Shown: positions 21,745 through 29,673 of the stretch, piece by piece
How the letters are laid out: the number at the start of each line of letters is the position of its first letter
How positions within the stretch are numbered: the first letter of the stretch is position 1
DNA from: an uncultured Actinomycetota bacterium
Lineage (GTDB): Bacteria > Actinomycetota > Actinomycetes > Propionibacteriales > Nocardioidaceae
Direction of reading: 5' to 3'
NCBI GenBank assembly: GCA_963733895.1
Contig: CAVTEY010000009.1
Location: 497,369-561,368, forward strand
DNA: 64,000 bases
Made by a program: the position numbers and the translations under genes
The notes under the pieces: model-generated
What the model saw: the letters and a program-made list of their open reading frames with translations, nothing else
The model's database searches: none
Told to the model about the DNA's origin: nothing

Positions 21745-22672
21745 TCAGTACTCGATCCGCTCACGCCGGGTCACCCGCAGCATGACCAGCGGCGATCGAG
21801 CAGGGTCAGGAAGAACAGCACGACGCCCATCGCGGAGGCGTAGCCGGCGCGACCGAACTGGAAGCCGTTCTGCGCGATCTGCAGCGACATCACCTGGGTG
21901 GCGTTGTCGGGACCACCCGGGCCCGGCGGTCATCACCGCGACCAGCGCGTAGACGTCCAGCGCCAGGATGGCGAGGTAGACCCACGACGTCTGGATCGGT
22001 GTCCCACAGCAGCGGCAGGGTCACCCGGACGAACGTCGCGTACCTGCCGGCGCCGTCCATGCACCGCAGCCTCGAAGATGTCGCGCGGGATCGAGGACAT
22101 GGCCGCGTTGAACAGCACCAGGTAGAACCCGACGCTCCCCCAGACCAGCACCCACATGCACGCACCACAGGGCGAGGTTGGGATCGGCAGCCAGCCGATG
22201 GCGGCCCGAGCCCGAACCAGCCCGAGCACCGAGTTGAGCGAGCCCGTCGGGCGTCGGATCCATGATCACCGCCCAGATCACGGCGATCACCGGGACCGAC
22301 AGCACCTGGGGCAGGAAGAACGCCAGCTTGTAGAAGCCGTTGCCCCGCATGCCCTTGACCCCCGCGCCCTGCGACCCGCCGCCCACGTTGAGCAGGAACG
22401 CGAAGAAGAGCGCCAGCAGGATCGTGGCCGATCGGGACGACGACGAGGATCAGTGCGTTGTTCTTCAGGGCGGTGTGGAACAGCGAGTCGTCGAGCAGCC
22501 GCTCGAAGTTCTGCAGCCCGACGTACTCGAACTCGGGCGAGATGCCGGTCCAGTCCGTCAGGGAGTAGTGGAAGGCCTGGACGAACGGGGAGATCACGAA
22601 GACCGCGTACAGCGAGGAGCGCCGGGGGCCAGGAACCCCAGGATGAACGGGACTCCGTGCGCATCGACGCAT
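21745..22672 (-). CDS. ngcF: Carbohydrate ABC permease (NgcF-like; frameshifted)
   Basis: YSLTDWTG, FFLPQVLS, SIPRDIFEAA, VTLPLLWD, RRERIEY. Confidence 0.8.
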
Positions 22673-22694
22673 ACTCCGTCGCCGACGCTACGCG

Positions 22695-24120
22695 CTAGGT
22701 GCGGGTGCGCTTCTGGGTGGCCGGGTCCTCGGCGACCTCGTCGGCGGCCTCCTGGGCCTCGCTGCAGAACTCGTCGCGCGCTGATCCGCCCGGCGGCGAG
22801 CTCGCCCACCGCGGACTGGATCTTCGGGTCGAGCGGGGTGTACCAGATCGCGTAGTAGTAGTTCCAGTTGTTGTCGCCGCCGGAGTCGATCAGTGCCGAT
22901 GGCCGACGCGGCGCCCGGGCTCAGGTCGAGCCCTCGGTCGGCGCCGTCGACGACGGTCGGGGCCGGCGGTCAGCTTGGTGAACTCCGCGGCGCCCTCCTT
23001 GGACAGCATGATGCCGCAGGTACTCCATGCCGCCGACGACGTTCTCGGCCTTGGCCGGGACGATGAACGCCTCCGCCGCCTCGACGCGGGTGCAGTCGAA
23101 GGGCAGTGCTGCGCCGTCCAGCAAGGGGGTCGGAGCGACGGTCGTCTCGAAGGCAGCGGGCGCGACGCTCCTTCTGCTCGTTCTCCAGCCACGAACCACT
23201 GGGGATGAACGCCGCCTTGCCCTCGTTCCATCGGGTCTGGGACTGGATGTGGTCGAGGCCCTCGGTGCCCTCGAGCATGTAGCCCTTGGCCTTGATCTCC
23301 GCGAGCGCCTCCGCGGCCATCCGCATCGAGTCGTGCTCCCAGGCTCCGGGCTCGAGCGAGTCGATCGCGTAGACGACCTCGGGGCCGCCGTGCTTGACCG
23401 CCAGGTCCATCAGCACCTGCTGGATGTAGTAGGGGTACTTGCCCTGGTGCGCCATCGGCGCGATCCCGGCGCCCTTGATCTCCTCGCAGAGGGCGAGGAA
23501 GTCGGCCCAGGTCTCGGCGGGCTCCCAGCCCTTCTCGTCGAAGAGCGCTCGGTCGTACCAGAGGCCGTAGACCTGCAGCGCGTAGTTGAGGACCAGCGGC
23601 TTGTCGGCGTACTGCGCCGACTCGATCGCGACCGGGTTGAGGCGTGTCCTGGACCGTCATGCCCTCCTGAGCCGATCGCGTCGGCCTCGAACAGGTCGGT
23701 GAGGTCGGCCAGCTGGCCGGTGTCGGCGAGGGTCGAGATCGGCATCGCCTCGGCGCCCGCGTTGTCGAGCACGTCGGGCGGGTTGCCGGCGTTGAAGAGC
23801 GGCTGCATCTGCTGGCGGATGTCGGTGATCGCCTTGTGCGTGATCTCGGCGTCCGCGAACTTCTCCTGGTAGATCGCCTCGTGGAACTTGGCGTACTCGT
23901 CGCCATACCCACCGTTGAAGATGACCACCGACAACGGCGCCGTCGCCTGCACCCCGAACGGGTTCTCCTCGGTCTGCTCGGCACCCCCACCGCCGTCATC
24001 GTCGTTCCCGCCTCCGCTGGCACAGGCGGCCAGGAAGGACGAGCCTCCGGCAACGGCCATCGCGGCGAGCCCGGAGCGCTGCAGGAATGCGCGGCGGGAC
24101 GTGGGGTAGGAGGTGTTCAT
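22695..24120 (-). CDS. ngcE: NgcE-like amino-sugar ABC substrate-binding lipoprotein, Tat-exported (frameshifted)
   Basis: SRRAFLQ twin-arginine, LAAC lipobox, ENPFGV, IFNGGYGDEYA, GKYPYY, HIQSQT, GSWLENE. Confidence 0.8.
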
Positions 24121-24233
24121 GTCGTGGGACTCTCCTTCGGACGCCCAAGGTGTGGCCCGAGGCCACCTGACCGATCAACAGCACCCTAGATGTTCGAGTG
24201 TGAGTGATCAAGACTCCTTCCGATCACGATCAG

Positions 24234-25235
24234 TCAACGCTGGCTCGTCCGATCCGCCCCTTCCAGAAGCCGGTTTCGAACCCGTGGATCGGCGGCGAGG
24301 ACGACGTCCGCGGCGGTGAGGGCGAGCCAGGCGGCACCGGCAACCTCGTCGTGCGCCGTGCGGATCGCCGCCGGACGGTCGATCCGGTTCCGGAGGCTGC
24401 TCCCCACCGGCGAGTCCGGTCGGGTCAGGCTTCCGGCGAGCACGACCGGGCCCTCGTGCGGGCCGAGCCGGTCGAGCGTCACGGCCAGACACTGGGCTGC
24501 CCCGTCGACGATGGCGGTCGCCACGGGGTCACCGGCGAGGTGCGCCTCCGAGACGAGCGGCGCGAGCTCGGCCAGGAGTACGGGCGCCCGGTCGTTCACC
24601 GCGTGCACGATCCGCACCCGCAGGTCGCGGCTGCCGTCGACCTTCACCTGTCCCACGAGGCGGTGCACGACCGACTCGGTCAGAGACCCCGGCTCGTGGC
24701 CGGGATCCTCCAGCTCGCGCAGGGTGGCCCGCACCGCGGCCCTCCCGACCCAGTAGCCGGAGCCGTCGTCGCCGAGGAGCCAGCCGTGGCCGTCCACGGT
24801 CCGGTCAAGCCGCCGTCCGGCGATGGTTCCGGCCACCGCGCCGGTCCCGGCGATGAGCACGACGCCGTCGGGCTCATCGGTGCCCGCTGCAAAGGCGACC
24901 TCCAGGTCCGGCCGGTAGTCCGGCCGCCCGGCCAGGCCCGCGCGAGACCAGGCCGCGTCGAACCGACGGCCGACGACGGGGTCGCGGAGCGCGCTGCCGC
25001 CGGCCAGTCCGACGACTGCGGCGCCGATCCGGCGCGCGTCGATCCCCTCCAGCGCGCGAGCCAGGGCCTCACCGAACGCGTCGGCGGCCGTCTCCGGATG
25101 GGAGACCGGGTTGCCGCCGCCGGCCGTCCCTCGGGCGTGCACGGTGCCCTCGTCGTCGGCCACGATGATGCGGGTCGCTGTGCCGCCGATGTCGCCGCCG
25201 AGCACGAGCAGGTGGCCACGCGACATCGCGGTCAC
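24234..25235 (-). CDS. BadF/BadG/BcrA/BcrD family N-acetylhexosamine kinase
   Basis: GDIGGT, LIAGTG, DGHGWLLGDDGSGYWVG. Confidence 0.88.
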   Translation of the reverse strand: MTAMSRGHLLVLGGDIGGTATRIIVADDEGTVHARGTAGGGNPVSHPETAADAFGEALARALEGIDARRIGAAVVGLAGGSALRDPVVGRRFDAAWSRAGLAGRPDYRPDLEVAFAAGTDEPDGVVLIAGTGAVAGTIAGRRLDRTVDGHGWLLGDDGSGYWVGRAAVRATLRELEDPGHEPGSLTESVVHRLVGQVKVDGSRDLRVRIVHAVNDRAPVLLAELAPLVSEAHLAGDPVATAIVDGAAQCLAVTLDRLGPHEGPVVLAGSLTRPDSPVGSSLRNRIDRPAAIRTAHDEVAGAAWLALTAADVVLAADPRVRNRLLEGADRTSQR

Positions 25236-25278
25236 GACATACTCCCCTCGGAGTCACGACGAGCAAGGGTGGTCATCA

Positions 25279-26037
25279 ATGTCAGTCCCCGTCAGCGCCG
25301 ACGAGTACCTCGACACGCTGAGGCCGATCATGGATCAGGTTAGTCAGCAGGCATCCGGTCCGATCCAGCGCGCTGCCGACCTGGTGGCGGAGTCGCTGCG
25401 TGCGGGCGGTGTGCTCCAGGCGTTCGGGTCCGGCCACTCCGAGGCGCTGACCATGGAGCTCGCCGGTCGCGCCGGAGGTCTGGTGCCGACCAACCGGATC
25501 GCGTTGCGCGACGTGGTCGTCCACGGAGGCGACTCCCCCGAGGTGCTGGGCCGCGGGATCCTGGAACGGGATCCGGAGATCGCGATCAGGCTCTACGACC
25601 TGGCCGCGCCGAGCCCTTCCGACGTGTTCGTGATCGCGTCCAACTCAGGGGTGAACGGTTCTGTGGTCGAGATGGCCCGGATCGTCAAGGACCGGGACCA
25701 CCCACTGATCGCGATCACCTCGCTGCCCCACACGCACGGAGTGGAGTCGCGCCACCCCTCCGGCGCCAAGCTGGTCGACCTCGCGGATGTCGTCCTCGAC
25801 AACGGGGCGCCGTACGGCGACGCGGTGCTCGAGATCCCCGGCGGCGGCAAGGTGTGTGCGGTGTCGTCGGTCACCGCCGCCTTGTTGGCGCAGATGCTCA
25901 CGGCCGAGGTGGTCCGCAGGATGCTGGACGCCGGAGTCGAGCCACCCGTCTACCTGTCCGCAAACGTCCCTGGCGGCGACGAGCACAATCAGGTCCTCGA
26001 GGAGAAGTACGCCGGCCGGATCCGGCGAACCGCCTAG
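25279..26037 (+). CDS. Single-SIS UPF0309 protein (NagS/SCO4393-like)
   Basis: FGSGHS, GRAGGL, LER, SNSG, SRHPSG, PYGDA, PPVYLSANVPGG. Confidence 0.8.
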   Translation: MSVPVSADEYLDTLRPIMDQVSQQASGPIQRAADLVAESLRAGGVLQAFGSGHSEALTMELAGRAGGLVPTNRIALRDVVVHGGDSPEVLGRGILERDPEIAIRLYDLAAPSPSDVFVIASNSGVNGSVVEMARIVKDRDHPLIAITSLPHTHGVESRHPSGAKLVDLADVVLDNGAPYGDAVLEIPGGGKVCAVSSVTAALLAQMLTAEVVRRMLDAGVEPPVYLSANVPGGDEHNQVLEEKYAGRIRRTA

Positions 26038-26059
26038 CGGCGCCCCGCCGCGGGTGCGC

Positions 26060-26791
26060 TCAGTCGGAGGGGGATCGGCGCAAGATGGACGGGCCGTCCG
26101 GCGACGTGACAACGGTGTGGGCCAGGTCGGTGAGCCGGATCCGCGAGTTGCGCGCATGACTGCGCAGGAGCTTGAACGCCTCCTCGACCGTGATTCCGAA
26201 TGCTCGCGCGACGGCGCCCTTCGCCTGCTCGACGACGATCCGGCTGTTCAGAGCCGACTGGAGCTGCTCGGTGACAATCTCGGCGCGGCTGATTGCCTGC
26301 TCCTGGATCAGAGCAATCGTGGCGACGTCGGCAAGGGCCTGGACCACGCGGACCTGGTCGGACGAGAGTGACCCTGGCTGCTCCCCGAAGACGTTGAGGC
26401 CTCCGATGACCTTCTCGCGCAGTCGCATCGGGAAGGCGTGCACGGCGTGGACCTCCGCCGCGAGGGCGCGGGGAACGAACACCGGCCACCTGTCCGCGGA
26501 CGCGGCGAGGTCGGTGCTGATCACGGGTTGGCCCGTGCGGCAGCAGTCGAGGCAGGGACCCTCCGCGTTCTGCAGCTGGAACAGCTCGAGCAGCCGGGCG
26601 TCGTCGCTGGACGCGCCCATGTGGTGGAGCCCGCCGTCCTCGTCGGTCAGCATGAGTCCCGCGGCGGCGGCGCCGCTGATCTCGGTCGCATGAGCGGCCA
26701 CGCTGTGCAGGAACTCGATCAGGTCGAAGTCGGCGACGAGCGTGTCGGCGACGTCGACGAACACGTCGGCAAGCCTCTCGATCGCGATCAC
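26060..26791 (-). CDS. GAF-ANTAR protein
   Basis: FVDVADTLVADFD, ELFQLQNAEGPCLDC, QLQSALNSRIVVEQAKG, AFKLLRSHAR. Confidence 0.92.
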   Translation of the reverse strand: MIAIERLADVFVDVADTLVADFDLIEFLHSVAAHATEISGAAAAGLMLTDEDGGLHHMGASSDDARLLELFQLQNAEGPCLDCCRTGQPVISTDLAASADRWPVFVPRALAAEVHAVHAFPMRLREKVIGGLNVFGEQPGSLSSDQVRVVQALADVATIALIQEQAISRAEIVTEQLQSALNSRIVVEQAKGAVARAFGITVEEAFKLLRSHARNSRIRLTDLAHTVVTSPDGPSILRRSPSD

Positions 26792-26849
26792 AGGGTCATC
26801 CTTTCTCTTGGTCAGTCTAGGCCGGACATGCCATCGGTGAGCTCGAGGA

Positions 26850-27638
26850 TCAGGGACCGCGGGCGTCCGGGATCTGGCCGCCGCTGAGGATCTCGCGTGC
26901 GATGTCGATCAGCGGCCGGCCGCTGCTGAAGGCGTGGGCGCGCATGCTGACCATGGCGTCGGCGAGGGTGAGGCCGAGGGCGATCATCACCATGCCCTGG
27001 GCCTGATGGATCTCGGGCCTGTGGTCGAGGAGCCGGCCATGGCGCTTGCCTTCGTCCGAGCCGTCCGACCCCGCCGTGCGGTCCGCGGTGTGCAGGAGTA
27101 TCTCAGTGGCGACCCGGGCAAACGCCAGCGCAAGTGCGACCTGCTTCTCGGCGAGCCGCGTCGCCTTCCAGGCGTAGAGATCGAGGACGCCAAACGCCAC
27201 CGCACCGATCTGCAGCGGGAGCGAGAAGACCGCCCCGACACCGTCTTCGAGCGCGGCCGAGGAGAAGCCCGGCCAGCGGTCCCGCACCTGCTCCAGATCG
27301 GGGATCAGGACAGGCCGGCGCCCCGAGAACGCGTCGAGACAGGGTCCGTCACCGGTGGTGAAGGGCAGGTCGCCGAAGCGCGAGCTGCGCGGGTCGGAAC
27401 TGGCGCCGATGCCGCTCGGTCCCGCGGTCGTCATCAAGTGGATGACCGCACCGTCAAGCCCGAGGTGCTCGACAGAAGCACGACACAAACGTTGGAGATC
27501 TGCTGCATGTCCACTGAGGTCGGCGTCCGCGGCGGCACCCTTCATGAGGTGTCTCGCTCGGACATCACTCAGGGAGGCACGCTCGGCATCCTCGTGGAAG
27601 CCCACTTGACCCTCTCCCGGAGCGAGCGCGTGCGGCAC
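26850..27638 (-). CDS. GAF-ANTAR protein (second subtype; start uncertain, possibly 27545)
   Basis: FTTGDGPCLDAF, RWPGF, FSLPLQIGA, EIHQAQGMVM, MRAHAF. Confidence 0.88.
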   Translation of the reverse strand: MPHALAPGEGQVGFHEDAERASLSDVRARHLMKGAAADADLSGHAADLQRLCRASVEHLGLDGAVIHLMTTAGPSGIGASSDPRSSRFGDLPFTTGDGPCLDAFSGRRPVLIPDLEQVRDRWPGFSSAALEDGVGAVFSLPLQIGAVAFGVLDLYAWKATRLAEKQVALALAFARVATEILLHTADRTAGSDGSDEGKRHGRLLDHRPEIHQAQGMVMIALGLTLADAMVSMRAHAFSSGRPLIDIAREILSGGQIPDARGP

Positions 27639-27696
27639 CCACCGAGGTGTCGCGGTCAGTCGCTCGACCTTTCACCAGCGTACTCCTTCACAAGTG

Positions 27697-27765
27697 CGGG
27701 AAGACCGACTATCTTCCGTCGGAGAACGGTCGTCCCGGACCCCGACGGCATTTCCCGTTGGGAGG
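27697..27765 (+). ncRNA. Putative cis-regulatory two-hairpin leader
   Basis: P1 CGGGA.GACCG / CGGTC.TCCCG (27697-27737); P2 CCCGACGG-CATTTC-CCGTTGGG (27741-27762) overlapping GGAGG SD. Confidence 0.45.
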
Positions 27766-27771
27766 CCCGGC

Positions 27772-27930
27772 ATGGACGACTCCGCCAAGCACCGTGTCGG
27801 GGCAGGCGCGACAAACCTCTCACCGGGCAACGTCGGATGACGTCTCGGTCACGCACCGGGTCACGTCGGACGGCCTTCTGCTGGTCGTCCAGGGCACCGT
27901 GACGGGGGCGGGTGCTCTGGACGACCTGGG
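27772..27930 (+). pseudogene. Truncated, frameshifted STAS-like (anti-anti-sigma) gene remnant
   Basis: GGAGG-N6-ATG, stop after 22 codons; adjacent frame reads DVSVTHRVTSDGLLLVVQGTV, like the first strands of a STAS domain; runs into the ltrA 3' end. Confidence 0.4.
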
Positions 27931-27933
27931 CAG

Positions 27934-29172
27934 TCAGAGCGACGCCAGGACCGCCTCGTTGTGGCGGTGCCCGACCGTCTCGTAGCCGATCACCGTCACC
28001 CACGGTGTGGCGGCGAGCACCAGCACGCACCAGGCGAGCGGCACACCACCCGCCGCCAGGCCGATCGCCGCCGCGATCACCACAGCCGAACCCGTGATGA
28101 GCACGACATGGAACGCATCGAAGGTCCGGGTGAGCTGCATGTAGAGCAGGTAGATGCCGGCGATGTACGCCGCCAGCGGTACCGCCGTGGTGAGCAGCGT
28201 GGCCGTCGTGTCGAGGGCGGAGTGGTGCTCGAGGTAGTAGGCCGCGACGTGCAGCCCCGCGCCTACCGCGACCAGGGCACCGAACAGCGGGATGTGGCCG
28301 TAGCCCCAGCCGAACGAGCGCTCCCGGTGTGCGTGCAGGATCTCCCCGCACGGGACCACGAAGTAGGTCCACCACATCCCGAAGATCATGGCGGTCCCGG
28401 CGAAGCCGAGCACGGCGACGTCCGCCGACCAACCCGGTCCGTCGGGTCCGACGAGTACGGTGAGCGCGGCCATCGTCCCCAGCAGTCCCTCGCCGAGGGC
28501 GATGATCACCAGGAGCCCGTGCCGCTCCGCGATGTGGTGGGCGTGCCATGGCGTGCCGCCCTTGCGGGTCTCCGCGATCACCGGCCCGGCCGTCTCCACC
28601 AGGATGAGGACGCCGGCCCAGGCGAACGTGACGCCCACCGAGGTCTTGGCTGCCAGCAGGGCCACCCAGCCGACCTGGGCAACCAGGATCGTGACGACGT
28701 ACGTCCGGCACGCCGGTGCCCGTTCTGGGTCCTGCTTGGCGGCGCGCAGCCACTGGAAGACCATGGGCACCCGCATCACGACGTACCCGAGCACCATCAC
28801 GCTGTTGTCCACGTAGTCGTCGTTGACCAGCGACGCGAACATGTCCGCAAGCCCGAGCGAGAGGATCAGGACGCCGACCATCTGCACCATCGTGCTCAGC
28901 CGGAACACCCAGTCGTCGGTGTCGTAGGCCGAGGCGAACCAGGAGAAGTTGATCCAGGCCCACGAGATCGCGAACGTCGCGAAGAGGAAGCCGGCGATGC
29001 CGTCCCACACGTGGTCTTCGGCGAGCGCGTGCGCCAGCTCGTTGGCGGCGACCCCGAAGGCGATCACGAAGGTCAGGTCGAACAACAGCTCCAGCGGCGT
29101 CGCCGAGCGCCCGGGCTCGTGGGGGTCGCGACCACCCATGGGGATCAGGGTGTGCACGGTGCCCGCGGACAT
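27934..29172 (-). CDS. ltrA: Low temperature requirement protein A family membrane protein
   Basis: ATPLELLFDLTFV, WAWINFSWFASAYDTDD, HHIAERHGLLVIIALGE; leaderless TAGAAT-N6-ATG. Confidence 0.92.
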   Translation of the reverse strand: MSAGTVHTLIPMGGRDPHEPGRSATPLELLFDLTFVIAFGVAANELAHALAEDHVWDGIAGFLFATFAISWAWINFSWFASAYDTDDWVFRLSTMVQMVGVLILSLGLADMFASLVNDDYVDNSVMVLGYVVMRVPMVFQWLRAAKQDPERAPACRTYVVTILVAQVGWVALLAAKTSVGVTFAWAGVLILVETAGPVIAETRKGGTPWHAHHIAERHGLLVIIALGEGLLGTMAALTVLVGPDGPGWSADVAVLGFAGTAMIFGMWWTYFVVPCGEILHAHRERSFGWGYGHIPLFGALVAVGAGLHVAAYYLEHHSALDTTATLLTTAVPLAAYIAGIYLLYMQLTRTFDAFHVVLITGSAVVIAAAIGLAAGGVPLAWCVLVLAATPWVTVIGYETVGHRHNEAVLASL

Positions 29173-29469
29173 GGCGAGATTCTAGGAGGCCACCTGCCCG
29201 GCGGCCGGACGCGGCGGCGGTCCAGACGCCGTACGCCGCCGGGGCACGATGCCGCCACCGCGTCATAGGGCCTCGCTCTGGATCACGTCCGAGGACGCTC
29301 ACGGCACCAGCACCGAGCAGTTCGTCGTCAACCTGTACGGCGTCCAGTAGGCAGGCGCCACGCGACTTCGTGGTGACCGGGCGCGACAACGCCCCCGCGA
29401 GCCGGGTGCCTGCCCGGCGCGATCGGGGGCGCTGCTCCATCCGCGTGCGGGGGGGTACCGCGGACGGGT

Positions 29470-29673
29470 CTAGGGCCGGGTGTCGGAGTCCTCCAGCAGC
29501 CAGCGAACCCAGTGCGACCGGGCCTCGATCTCGCCTGCCCGGTGCATCCGGTCCAGCCGCACCGCGCCGTACACGGCGAGCAGCAGCGCGGCCGGGAACA
29601 GGAACGGCAGCACGTCCGACCCGTCCAGCGCATCGGTGGTGAGCGCGATGCCGGCCACCATCCCGGGCGTCAT
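29470..29673 (-). CDS. Small single-TM membrane protein (67 aa)
   Basis: ATGA overlap with the upstream gene; TM segment VLPFLFPAALLLAVYGAV; GC3-rich codons. Confidence 0.55.
   Translation of the reverse strand: MTPGMVAGIALTTDALDGSDVLPFLFPAALLLAVYGAVRLDRMHRAGEIEARSHWVRWLLEDSDTRP

Noticed and set aside
25233-25240. ATG-TCG-TGA mini-ORF overlapping the BadF start
   Set aside because: SD spacing fits the GTG, not this ATG; likely chance
27697-27765. Canonical ANTAR hexaloop motif
   Set aside because: Loops lack A1/G4 on either strand; kept only as a non-canonical candidate
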